Shown here: positions 1-9,053 of the stretch, piece by piece
How positions within the stretch are numbered: the stretch's first letter is position 1
Layout: each line of letters begins with the position of its first letter
Assembly (NCBI RefSeq): GCF_001735745.1
Contig: NZ_CP017260.1
Coordinates: 90,001-122,000 of the forward strand
Direction of reading: 5' to 3'
Source of the DNA: Formosa sp. Hel1_33_131
GTDB lineage: Bacteria; Bacteroidota; Bacteroidia; Flavobacteriales; Flavobacteriaceae
DNA length: 32,000 nucleotides
Notes under the pieces: model-generated
Databases searched by the model: none
What the model was told of the DNA's origin: nothing
Seen by the model: the letters and a program-made list of their open reading frames with translations, nothing else
Made by a program: the position numbers and the translations under genes

Positions 1-1
1 G

Positions 2-568
2 ACCAAAGCAGCTGGGTTTTACAATACACTTTTAGAAAGTGATCAGCCTGCCTTGGTAGTGGAGTGTTTGAATGGATACCGTTTAAAGGAAAAAGAACCT
101 TCCAACTTAGGCGAATTCAGAACACCCGTTGGTATTGTGGAAACAATCAAGCAAGGAGCCGATCTTACCATTGTATCTTATGGCTCTACCTTACGTATTG
201 TGGAGCAAGCTGCCAAAGAATTATTGGAAGTGGATATCGATGTTGAAATTATTGACATTCAATCTCTCATCCCCTTTGACCTTCAAAAAGATATTTCAAA
301 AAGTGTTGAAAAAACAAATCGTCTTCTTATTGTTGATGAAGATGTTCCTGGTGGAGCCTCCGCTTATATTCTTAATGAAATTTTAGAACATCAAAACGTC
401 TATCAAAATTTAGACAGCAAACCCCAAATACTAACCGCTAAAGAACACCGACCCGCTTATGGTACCGATGGTGATTATTTCAGCAAACCCTCCGCAGATG
501 ATGTGTTTGAAAAGGTTTATAACATGTTTCATGAAGTGGACCCAACCTCTTTTCCTAAATTAAGATAA
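2..568 (+). CDS. 2-oxo acid dehydrogenase E1 component, C-terminal transketolase-C (beta-subunit-like) part; the 5' end lies outside the window
   Basis: The frame is open from base 2 with no stop, so the listed Met at 53 is internal. The sequence LTIVSYGS...EVDIDVEIIDIQSLIPFD...LLIVDEDVPGGASAYI is typical of the E1 beta / transketolase C-terminal domain. Confidence 0.8.
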   Translation, partial: TKAAGFYNTLLESDQPALVVECLNGYRLKEKEPSNLGEFRTPVGIVETIKQGADLTIVSYGSTLRIVEQAAKELLEVDIDVEIIDIQSLIPFDLQKDISKSVEKTNRLLIVDEDVPGGASAYILNEILEHQNVYQNLDSKPQILTAKEHRPAYGTDGDYFSKPSADDVFEKVYNMFHEVDPTSFPKLR

Positions 569-665
569 TTGAAAAGGCTGCATTGAATTTGAATTTCTCT
601 TTGCATTTGCAAAGCTTAGACTAAAATCGTAACATTACAGTTCAAAATCATTGAAGAACTGTCCT

Positions 666-2150
666 ATGAAAAGTCAAAACATTACCCCAAACGAACCCGC
701 AGACAACGCAATTATTGAAAATAAAGAGTTGAATATATGGGAAGCACTCATCCCTGTTGTAGCCCTTGTGGCGATGTTGTTTTACAATGTATTTTATGTC
801 TTTGGAGATGATGCTCTTAGTGGTAGTAATCAATTTATTTTGATCTTAGGAGCTGCCGTCGCCGCCATTGTTGGTTTTTATAACAAAGTCAGTTACAAGA
901 AAATGTTAGAGGAAGTTGCCGAAAATGTGAAGTCCACAACAGGAGCACTATTAATTTTATTAATGGTGGGAGCATTAGCTGGAACTTGGCTCATTAGTGG
1001 GGTCATTCCATCAATGATTTATTATGGATTACAAATCTTAAACCCCACGTTTTTTCTTGTAGCCTCGGTCATCATTTGTTCCATCATATCCATTGCCACA
1101 GGAAGTAGTTGGACCACCTCTGCTACTGTAGGAATTGCATTAATTGGAATCGGAAACACTTTAGGGATCTCTCCTGGAATGACTGCTGGAGCCGTATTAT
1201 CTGGAGGCTATTTTGGCGATAAAATGTCGCCACTTAGTGATACTACAAATTTAGCACCTGCAATGGCTGGGAGTGAATTGTTTGATCACATAAAATACAT
1301 GGCTTTAACAACAGTGCCTACTATTATAATAACCCTAATTATTTTTTTAATTATTGGATTGAATATTGATACCAATGGAACCCCCGATATTTCTGATAAA
1401 CTTCAGGCCATTGATGGCGCATTTAATATTTCGCCTTGGTTGTTTAGTGTCCCCGTTTTAGTTATCATCTTAATCGTTAAAAAAACACCGCCCTTAATAG
1501 CATTGCTTATTGGAACGTTGTTGGGAGCGATTGCAGCCGTGATTGCACAACCACAAATTATCATGGCAATCGCAGAAACAAATACATTGAGTTTTGAAGC
1601 CGCTTATAAAGGCGTTATGAAAGCGATTACGGTTGACACAGCCGTTGTGACGACGAGTTTAGAACTGAACGATTTATTTACTTCTGGCGGAATGAGTGGT
1701 ATGTTAGGAACCATTTGGCTAATCGTTTGTGCCATGGTCTTTGGAGGCGTTATGGATGCTATAGGAGCACTTTCTCGAATTAGTAAAGCATTATTAAGTT
1801 TGGCTACCAATACCTTTGGATTGTTTGCCAGCACTGTTGCGAGCTGTTTGGCACTGAACGTCACTGCTTCTGATCAATATTTAGCATTGGTTATCCCAGG
1901 GAAAATGTTTAAAAAAGCGTATAAAGATCGTGGATTGGCCCCTGAAAACTTAAGCCGTACACTTGAAGATTCTGGAACCGTAACATCGGTATTGGTTCCT
2001 TGGAATACCTGTGGCGCTTATCAAAGTGGTGTACTAGGCGTCTCGGTTGCAGATTATTTTATCTTTGCTTTTTTCAATTGGATCAGTCCGTTTATGACCC
2101 TCTTATTCGCGGCATTTTCCATCAAAATAAAACAGCTCAAAAAGTCCTAA
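666..2150 (+). CDS. nhaC: Na+/H+ antiporter, NhaC family
   Basis: About 494 aa and polytopic, with many hydrophobic helices and NhaC-like blocks (GSSWTTSATVGIALIGIG, YFGDKMSPLSDTTNLAP). The first ATG is at 666; the ORF-track start at 651 is TTG. Confidence 0.88.
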   Translation: MKSQNITPNEPADNAIIENKELNIWEALIPVVALVAMLFYNVFYVFGDDALSGSNQFILILGAAVAAIVGFYNKVSYKKMLEEVAENVKSTTGALLILLMVGALAGTWLISGVIPSMIYYGLQILNPTFFLVASVIICSIISIATGSSWTTSATVGIALIGIGNTLGISPGMTAGAVLSGGYFGDKMSPLSDTTNLAPAMAGSELFDHIKYMALTTVPTIIITLIIFLIIGLNIDTNGTPDISDKLQAIDGAFNISPWLFSVPVLVIILIVKKTPPLIALLIGTLLGAIAAVIAQPQIIMAIAETNTLSFEAAYKGVMKAITVDTAVVTTSLELNDLFTSGGMSGMLGTIWLIVCAMVFGGVMDAIGALSRISKALLSLATNTFGLFASTVASCLALNVTASDQYLALVIPGKMFKKAYKDRGLAPENLSRTLEDSGTVTSVLVPWNTCGAYQSGVLGVSVADYFIFAFFNWISPFMTLLFAAFSIKIKQLKKS

Positions 2151-2238
2151 TTAGCTTTCGTTTTACAAGAATCATTTATACTTATAGTAGTATAGGAAAT
2201 TATAATTTTTCTAAACTAAAATAAGAATAATCATACCC

Positions 2239-2246
2239 TATCTTTG
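2239..2246 (+). promoter_or_regulatory. Bacteroidota -7 promoter box TATCTTTG
   Basis: Exact match to the TAnnTTTG consensus, 35 nt upstream of the peroxiredoxin ATG. Confidence 0.45.
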
Positions 2247-2280
2247 CGGCTATCAATTTAATAACCAATAAAAAGATATT

Positions 2281-2919
2281 ATGGCAATTGTAGGAAAAAA
2301 ATTCCCGAATTTAAATGTAGATGCAATGAACGAAATGGGCGATACTTTTAAAGTAAACGTTCTCGAAGAAGCAATCAACAACAAGAAAAAAGTACTCTTA
2401 TTTTGGTACCCAAAAGATTTTACTTTTGTATGCCCAACAGAATTACACGCATTCGAAGCGGCGAAGGCTGAGTTTGAAAAAAGAAACACCATCGTAATTG
2501 GTGCCTCTTGTGATACACCAGAAGTGCATTTTGCATGGTTATCAACAGCGAAAGACAACGGTGGTATTGAAGGTGTTACCTACCCTATTTTAGCGGATTC
2601 TAACAGAAACTTAGCATCAACACTTGGGATTTTAGACATCTCAGACGAAACATACAACGAAGAAACGGGTGTGGTACTTGTAGAAGGTGACAACGTTACT
2701 TACAGAGCGACTTACATTATTGACGAAGAAGGAACCGTGGTTCACGAAAGTGTCAACCACATGCCACTTGGACGAAATGTATCTGAGTTTTTAAGATTGG
2801 TAGACGCCTACACACACGTACAAGAAAAAGGAGAAGTTTGTCCAGCAAACTGGGAAGAAGGCAAAGACGCCATGGCTCCAAATGCAAAAGGAACTGCGAG
2901 CTATTTAGCTTCTCACTAA
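2281..2919 (+). CDS. Typical 2-Cys peroxiredoxin (AhpC/Prx1-like)
   Basis: Peroxidatic Cys motif FTFVCPTE and C-terminal resolving Cys motif GEVCPANW; 212 aa. Confidence 0.9.
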   Translation: MAIVGKKFPNLNVDAMNEMGDTFKVNVLEEAINNKKKVLLFWYPKDFTFVCPTELHAFEAAKAEFEKRNTIVIGASCDTPEVHFAWLSTAKDNGGIEGVTYPILADSNRNLASTLGILDISDETYNEETGVVLVEGDNVTYRATYIIDEEGTVVHESVNHMPLGRNVSEFLRLVDAYTHVQEKGEVCPANWEEGKDAMAPNAKGTASYLASH

Positions 2920-2931
2920 AAACTATTTATC

Positions 2932-3243
2932 ATGCAAGAACTTTCTGAAGACAATCTGCAAGCAATTATTTCTGACAATCCATTTGTGGTGGTACAATAC
3001 TCCGCGACCTGGTGTGGAAATTGTAGAATTATGAAACCTAAGTTTAAAAAATTAGCGTCTGAAATGCCAGAGGCGACCTTTGTAATCGTAGATGCAGAAA
3101 AATTCCCTGAAAGCAGAAAACTCGCAACGGTGGACAATTTGCCTACTTTTGCAATTTTTAAAATAGGACAATTTATAAACCAAACGCAAACTAATAAGTT
3201 TGACGTGCTAAAAGAACTTGTAGATGAAACTGCCAGTAATTAA
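2932..3243 (+). CDS. Thioredoxin-family protein with variant active site WCGNC
   Basis: 103 aa with WCGNC in place of the canonical WCGPC, a cis-Pro region LPTF, and thioredoxin-fold length. It starts 12 nt after the peroxiredoxin stop. Confidence 0.85.
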   Translation: MQELSEDNLQAIISDNPFVVVQYSATWCGNCRIMKPKFKKLASEMPEATFVIVDAEKFPESRKLATVDNLPTFAIFKIGQFINQTQTNKFDVLKELVDETASN

Positions 3244-3481
3244 ACATTTAACGCAATTTATTGAGGCAAACGACGAAGATTACATCGTGGAAACCCTTGA
3301 AACTTTAGAAGCACTCACCGAAGTTCCAAGTCTAAAAGACGAAGAATTAGATGTAATTGGAGAATTAATTTCTAATATGTATGGCGCCCTTGAAGTTCAT
3401 AAAATGATTAAAGACGGCACACCACAAAAAGAAGCTCTGAATAGCTTTATGAAACGTGTCTTAGGATCGATTGATTCCTAA
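3224..3481 (+). CDS. Small acidic hypothetical protein, third gene of the Prx-Trx operon
   Basis: 85-aa ORF overlapping the thioredoxin 3' end by 20 nt and followed by a strong terminator. I recognise no motif. Confidence 0.5.
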   Translation: MKLPVIKHLTQFIEANDEDYIVETLETLEALTEVPSLKDEELDVIGELISNMYGALEVHKMIKDGTPQKEALNSFMKRVLGSIDS

Positions 3482-3500
3482 TAATTTTCATTAAAATTTT

Positions 3501-3532
3501 AAGCCGCTTCTGCAACGAAGCGGCTTTTTTTT
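3501..3532 (+). terminator. Rho-independent terminator
   Basis: AAGCCGCTTC..GAAGCGGCTT stem followed by TTTTTTTT. Confidence 0.8.
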
Positions 3533-3697
3533 GGTATATTTATAATTAGAAAAAGCCCCAACGCCAATTCTTCTGAACGAATTAAGTAACCAAATTATAC
3601 GATTGCTTTTTGTAAATGAAACATATCTAATTTTTGAGATTGGTATTTTTTACTATTATTGTGTTTCTTTTGGAATTGGGAGTTATTTTTAGAAATA

Positions 3698-4438
3698 ATG
3701 AATATTAAAGAACTCTTACATAACACAGCGCATAGACCTTGGAATATTCCATCTGAACCTTGGAAATTTTATCAAGAATGGAATCAAGCCATATTTCTTC
3801 ATTGGCAAGTTGAACTAGATGATTTAAAAAAGTTTCTTCCAAAAGGATTAGAAATTGATCTTTACGATGGAAAAGCATGGGTATCTGTTGTAGCATTCAC
3901 TATGGAAAATATTAGACCAAAAAACTTTCTATCATTTTTACCAATTTCAAATTTTGATGAAATCAATATCAGAACTTATGTGAAAAAAAATAATAAGTCA
4001 GGAGTCTATTTTTTAAGTATTGAAGGAGGTAAACGTTTGTCTTGTGAAATAGCTAAAGGAATTTCTAAACTTCCCTATCGGTTTTCAAATATGAAAAGAA
4101 CTAATAATACATATACTTCATATAACTCACAATTCAAAGATCAATTCGAAGTTACTTATGATATTGGAGAAGTAAATAATAATAAAGATTCATTAGATAA
4201 ATGGTTAACTGAAAGGTATGCTCTTTTTCAGGACACTAAAAAAATCCTTAATAAATTTGAAATTCATCATCTAGAATGGTCATTACGAAATATTGAATTA
4301 AAAAAAATTAATATTAATTATAAAAAATTCAACAAATTAATAATAAGTAAACCAAATAAAATTCACTACTCTTCAGGTGTAAAAGTAGTGGCTTGGGATA
4401 AACAAACTATAGATAATTATGAAAACAGCATCCCTTAA
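3698..4438 (+). CDS. DUF2071-like (YqjF-like) protein
   Basis: The N-terminal HRPW...WKFYQEWNQAIFLHWQV block is typical of DUF2071. The first ATG is at 3698 (the track start at 3659 is TTG). The gene is visibly more AT-rich than its neighbours. Confidence 0.65.
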   Translation: MNIKELLHNTAHRPWNIPSEPWKFYQEWNQAIFLHWQVELDDLKKFLPKGLEIDLYDGKAWVSVVAFTMENIRPKNFLSFLPISNFDEINIRTYVKKNNKSGVYFLSIEGGKRLSCEIAKGISKLPYRFSNMKRTNNTYTSYNSQFKDQFEVTYDIGEVNNNKDSLDKWLTERYALFQDTKKILNKFEIHHLEWSLRNIELKKININYKKFNKLIISKPNKIHYSSGVKVVAWDKQTIDNYENSIP

Positions 4439-4763
4439 CGACGCACTCCAGTTTAACCGCGACCGAATTACGACCAGCGTCATCTTAGAAACTTCCTTTT
4501 CAAAAGAAATCAGAATACTGCTGGCAAAAGATCAGAAAATGAAGGAACACAAAACCCCTTTTCCCATCGGGGTTCATGTCTTAGAAGGTGCAATCGATTT
4601 TGGAGTTGAAGGTGAAATATCTTCTTTGGAAAAAGGAGCTATTATTGCTTTGAAAGGAAATATCCCTCACAATTTAACAGCTTTAAAAGACAGTGTGATT
4701 CGTTTAACACTCTCAAAATTAGACACCGCAAAACGTGTAGAAAATGTCGCTGAAACCTCCTAA
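4419..4763 (+). CDS. Cupin-domain protein
   Basis: 114 aa with cupin-like strands (HKTPFPIGVHVLEGAIDF...GNIPHNLTA). It overlaps the DUF2071 stop by 20 nt. Confidence 0.6.
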   Translation: MKTASLNDALQFNRDRITTSVILETSFSKEIRILLAKDQKMKEHKTPFPIGVHVLEGAIDFGVEGEISSLEKGAIIALKGNIPHNLTALKDSVIRLTLSKLDTAKRVENVAETS

Positions 4764-5172
4764 AATCAAAGTTATGAAACCGATAGAAACCAGAGAAGAC
4801 GTCCAGTTCTTAGTCCATACCTTTTATTCTAAAATTAGAAAAGACGAATTGTTAGGCCCCATATTCAATTCTCATATTAGTGAAGATGAGTGGTCATCAC
4901 ATCTTATAAAATTGACTGATTTTTGGGAAACCAATTTATTTGGTGTGCGAAAATTTAAAGGAAATCCTACTCAGAAACACCTTAAGGTGGACAAAAATTT
5001 AGACTATACAATAGACCCACTGCATTTTGGCAAATGGCTGCAATTATGGCTGGAAACAATCAATGAATTGTTTGTTGGCGACCGTGCGGACAAAGCCATC
5101 TACATGGCCCGTAAAATGGCGACAGGTCAGTATTTGACCCTGTGGCATCAAAAGCCGGATGACAAAAAATAG
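4744..5172 (+). CDS. Group III truncated hemoglobin-like globin
   Basis: REDVQFLVHTFYSKIRKDELLGPIF...W..HL.KLTDFW pattern and ~130-140 aa length. An alternative ATG at 4774 (MKPIETRED) would remove the 20-nt overlap with the cupin gene. Confidence 0.65.
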   Translation: MSLKPPKIKVMKPIETREDVQFLVHTFYSKIRKDELLGPIFNSHISEDEWSSHLIKLTDFWETNLFGVRKFKGNPTQKHLKVDKNLDYTIDPLHFGKWLQLWLETINELFVGDRADKAIYMARKMATGQYLTLWHQKPDDKK

Positions 5173-5199
5173 TAAGACACTTAATGAAAAATTAAACAT

Positions 5200-5235
5200 A
5201 AAAAAAGAGCCTAATCAATTGAGAAGGCTCTTTTA
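5200..5235. terminator. Bidirectional hairpin terminator between the globin gene (+) and rpsA (-)
   Basis: AGAGCCT..AGGCTCT 7-bp stem flanked by an A-run on the left and a T-run on the right. Confidence 0.65.
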
Positions 5236-5256
5236 AATTATAAGACTTGGTTGGGA

Positions 5257-7086
5257 TTATTTCCCGTCCATTTTGTCTTTAAGTGCTTGTAAAGCATCAT
5301 TGGCATCTCCTAAAGTAGGTTTTGCTTCTGCTGCACTACTTGCTGCTTTTTTAACGGCTGCTTTCACATGCTTCACTTCTTCTGCTTTAAAAAGAGCAGT
5401 GTGAGAAGCCACAACACGTTTGAATTCTTTATTGAATTCAATGATTACAAACTCAGCTTCTTCACCTTTTTTGAGCTTATTCCCATCCTCTTTTTCAAGA
5501 TGACGTGAGGGCACAAATGCAATAACATCTTCATTGAATTTCACTGTAGCACCTTTGTCAACAATCTCTTCAATTGAAGCTGTATGCTTAGTGTTTAAAG
5601 CAAATTCCGTTTGATATTTATCCCAAGGGTTATCTGTTGTTTGTTTATGACCTAAGCTTAATTTTCTAGCTTCTACGTCTAATTCAAGAACAACAACTTC
5701 TAAGTTATCTCCTACAGCACAAAATTCGCTAGGATGTTTCACTTTCTTAGTCCAAGATAAATCAGAGATGTAAATCAATCCATCAATACCTTCTTCTAAT
5801 TCAACAAAAACACCAAAGTTTGTGAAGTTTCTTACAATTCCTGTATGCTTAGAAGCAACAGGGAATTTAGAAGTAATGTCTGTCCAAGGGTCAGCAGATA
5901 ATTGCTTGATACCTAATGACATTTTACGATCTTCTCTATCTAAAGTTAAGATCTGAGCTTTAATTTTATCGCCTACTTTAACGAAATCTTGTGCAGAACG
6001 TAAGTGAGTTGACCAAGACATTTCAGAAACGTGAATTAAGCCTTCTACTCCTTCTACAACTTCAATAAATGCGCCATAATCAGCAATGACTACAACTTTA
6101 CCTTCAATTTCGTCTCCAATTTTAACCTCTTCGCCAAGAGCATCCCATGGGTGTTTGCTTAATTGTTTAAGACCTAATTGAATTCTTGATTTATTTTCAT
6201 CAAAGTCAAGGATTACAACGTTTAGTTTTTGATCCAGTTCTACAATCTCACTTGGATGATTGATTCTAGACCAAGAAAGGTCTGTAATATGAACTAAACC
6301 ATCTACGCCACCAAGATCCATAAAGACCCCGTAAGAGGTGATATTTTTAACCACTCCTTCAAGAACTTGACCTTTTTCTAATTGACTGATAATTTCTTTC
6401 TTCTGGATTTCGATATCCGCTTCAATAAGCGCTTTATGCGAAACAACAACGTTTTTGAATTCGTGGTTGATTTTAACCACTTTGAATTCCATTGTTTTGT
6501 TTACATACTGATCGTAATCTCTAATTGGCTTCACATCGATTTGTGATCCTGGTAAGAATGCTTCAATACCAAATACATCGACAATCATACCACCTTTGGT
6601 ACGACATTTAACAAAACCGTTTACAATTTCTCCAGTTTCATTCGCAGCGATCACACGATCCCATGCTTTGATAACTCTAGCCTTACGGTGAGAAAGAATC
6701 AATTGACCTGTAGCATCTTCACGCACATCAATTAAAACTTCTACTTTGTCTCCAATAGTAAGGTTTGGATTGTAACGAAATTCGTTTAATGAAATAACCC
6801 CTTCAGATTTTGCATTGATATCAATAATCGCATCACGATCAGAAATATGAATAACAGTACCTTCAACAACTTGATCATCAAGAGTGTCTACAAAATTACT
6901 TGCAACTAACTTCTCAAATTCATCAAGTTTAGCATCGTCCACAGGGTCAATACCCTCTTCGTAATTATGCCAGTTAAAATCTTTTAGGAATTGCTCAGGA
7001 TTTGCTTGAGCTTCGTTTACTTCTGGAGTTTCTACTGCGGTAGTTTCTGCAGTTACTTCTTCCACATTTGTGTTTTCTTCAGCCAT
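5257..7086 (-). CDS. rpsA: 30S ribosomal protein S1
   Basis: 609 aa with six repeated S1 OB-fold units (recurring G.V....YGAFV/GVFV..G..GL.H.S. pattern). Confidence 0.95.
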   Translation of the reverse strand: MAEENTNVEEVTAETTAVETPEVNEAQANPEQFLKDFNWHNYEEGIDPVDDAKLDEFEKLVASNFVDTLDDQVVEGTVIHISDRDAIIDINAKSEGVISLNEFRYNPNLTIGDKVEVLIDVREDATGQLILSHRKARVIKAWDRVIAANETGEIVNGFVKCRTKGGMIVDVFGIEAFLPGSQIDVKPIRDYDQYVNKTMEFKVVKINHEFKNVVVSHKALIEADIEIQKKEIISQLEKGQVLEGVVKNITSYGVFMDLGGVDGLVHITDLSWSRINHPSEIVELDQKLNVVILDFDENKSRIQLGLKQLSKHPWDALGEEVKIGDEIEGKVVVIADYGAFIEVVEGVEGLIHVSEMSWSTHLRSAQDFVKVGDKIKAQILTLDREDRKMSLGIKQLSADPWTDITSKFPVASKHTGIVRNFTNFGVFVELEEGIDGLIYISDLSWTKKVKHPSEFCAVGDNLEVVVLELDVEARKLSLGHKQTTDNPWDKYQTEFALNTKHTASIEEIVDKGATVKFNEDVIAFVPSRHLEKEDGNKLKKGEEAEFVIIEFNKEFKRVVASHTALFKAEEVKHVKAAVKKAASSAAEAKPTLGDANDALQALKDKMDGK

Positions 7087-7271
7087 GGCTGTTTTAAAAT
7101 TTGTATTTTACAGAAGCTAAATTCGATTAAGCCCTTCTATAAAAGCGTTATTAATTAAAGTTATTTCCTTTTACTGAATCTATTATTTGCTAAAAGGAGT
7201 GCAATGTTACGATTTATCCCTAATGATTCCAAATGATTTCTTATCTGTTTTTAAGGGAGAGGCTATGAATG

Positions 7272-7955
7272 TTATAGTTTTGAATTTACAAGTGCTAAAA
7301 CTTGTTCAAATTGCTGCTCCAAACTTAGATTTGAATTGTCAATTTCAATGGCATCATCGGCTTTAAAAAGCGGAGAATCTTCTCGTGTAGAATCGATATG
7401 GTCTCTAGAAGTAATGTTTTCAAGAACAGCTTCAAAAGTGACCGCTGTGCCCCCTCCTATCAGTTCGTCATAACGACGTTGGGCACGTGTATCTGCTGAG
7501 GCGGTCATAAACAGTTTCAATTCAGCATCAGGAAAAACCACAGTACCAATATCTCTACCATCCATCACAATTCCTTTATCAGCCCCCATTTGTTGCTGTA
7601 AGGCGACCAATTGTTGGCGCACTTCTGGGACTGCTGCTACTGTACTCACAGTATTTGAAACTTCCATGGTACGAATTTCGGTATCCACATTCACGCCATT
7701 CAAGTAAATTTCAGACGCTTTTAAAGATTCATTGTATTGAAAAGTCACTTTAATCAATGGCAACTGATTTATCAGTGCTGCTGTATCAAGAACCTTGTCT
7801 TGAATTAATTTATGTTGTAAGGTATATAGAGCGACTGCGCGGTACATCGCCCCAGAATCCACATATACATATTGAAGCTTTTGTGCTAATTGTTTAGCGA
7901 GCGTACTCTTCCCTGTTGAAGAAAAACCATCGATGGCAATTGTTATTTTTTTCAC
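7272..7955 (-). CDS. cmk: (d)CMP kinase
   Basis: P-loop IAIDGFSSTGKST and cytidylate-kinase blocks (DSGAMYRA, GIVMDGRDIGTVVFPDA). The start codon is GTG (cac at 7953-7955) and overlaps the upstream stop by 1 nt. Confidence 0.9.
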   Translation of the reverse strand: MKKITIAIDGFSSTGKSTLAKQLAQKLQYVYVDSGAMYRAVALYTLQHKLIQDKVLDTAALINQLPLIKVTFQYNESLKASEIYLNGVNVDTEIRTMEVSNTVSTVAAVPEVRQQLVALQQQMGADKGIVMDGRDIGTVVFPDAELKLFMTASADTRAQRRYDELIGGGTAVTFEAVLENITSRDHIDSTREDSPLFKADDAIEIDNSNLSLEQQFEQVLALVNSKL

Positions 7956-8980
7956 TATTGTAAATTTATTTGAAGTCCTAGAAAACTTGTATTTGCCGCC
8001 GATGAATAGCGTGCATGTGTGTAACTAAACCTCAATTTATTAAATTTCAAGCCAATCCCAAAAGAAAGCCCTGAAAAATTTCGTTGTTCTAAAATCTTTA
8101 ACTCCGCTGCCCTTCTAAAACTATACCCCACTCGAATGTTAAATCCTTTATCTGGGAATAATTCTAATCCGAGAATGGTATGCCGTATTATATTGCTAAA
8201 AAACCCGACTTCTTCGGGGGTTTGCGTACCATTTAAATCGGTCGTACCACGGGCGGGATTCTCAGTGGCTATGGGCCATTGTTGTAAATTCTCTAATGTC
8301 AAATGCCATCTTAACGGCACATTTTCAAGTTTTTGAGAAAATCCAAGATCAATTTCAAATGGCAATGATTCTTTCACACCTGCATAGGTTGTTAATTGCA
8401 TTCCAAAATTACGAATCACCAATGCCGCATTAAAATCTAAGTACTCATTTATATATATAAAACCCACATCGGTAGCAATTCCTAAGGAATTATATTGTTC
8501 TAGTTTAGAAGATATCAATTTAAGATTTGCCCCTGCATAAAAATCTGAATAGCCTATTTGAGTTGCATATCCGACGGAAAAAGCAGCTTCGCTTCCTGAA
8601 AATTCCCCTGTACTTATTCCATTTTCATCATAGCCATCAAAACTACCATAATTCACATAAGTCATTCCAACATGAAAGGTTTGCGTTCTTCGATCCCATG
8701 TGTACGCATAGGCGGCTGTTCCGTAACTAATATCTCCTAAATAACTCGAGTAATTCACTGCCAATTGGTTGTCCATTTCTACATTAATAGTCGCAGGGTT
8801 GTACAATGCTTGTGTGACATCATAGTCCACATTCGTAATGGATTTACCTCCTAAGGCAGCTTGGCGTGGTGAGGATATTAAATTTAGAAACTGGTATGTA
8901 GATTCGCCTCCTAATTGCGCGTGCACAGCACTACTACAACTCAGAACCAAAAAAAACGACACCAATATCCTCATTCGCAT
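7955..8980 (-). CDS. porQ: PorQ-like type IX secretion outer-membrane beta-barrel protein (PorP/SprF superfamily)
   Basis: Signal peptide, then QLGGESTYQFLNLISSPRQAALGG, which I recognise as PorQ/PorP-like. The rest has alternating beta-strand character over 341 aa. From memory, porQ often sits beside cmk in Bacteroidota. No HMM was run. Confidence 0.6.
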   Translation of the reverse strand: MRMRILVSFFLVLSCSSAVHAQLGGESTYQFLNLISSPRQAALGGKSITNVDYDVTQALYNPATINVEMDNQLAVNYSSYLGDISYGTAAYAYTWDRRTQTFHVGMTYVNYGSFDGYDENGISTGEFSGSEAAFSVGYATQIGYSDFYAGANLKLISSKLEQYNSLGIATDVGFIYINEYLDFNAALVIRNFGMQLTTYAGVKESLPFEIDLGFSQKLENVPLRWHLTLENLQQWPIATENPARGTTDLNGTQTPEEVGFFSNIIRHTILGLELFPDKGFNIRVGYSFRRAAELKILEQRNFSGLSFGIGLKFNKLRFSYTHARYSSAANTSFLGLQINLQ

Positions 8981-9053
8981 GCAAAAATATATAAATCAAT
9001 TCTAAAACGAATATTAGAAGGGTTTATTTTGAGCGGAGCCCAAATATTAAAAA

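Noticed and set aside
64-386. ORFs 64-246 and 129-386 overlapping the first gene in other frames
   Set aside because: The frame open from base 2 carries clear E1 beta/transketolase-C similarity, and the other two frames do not.
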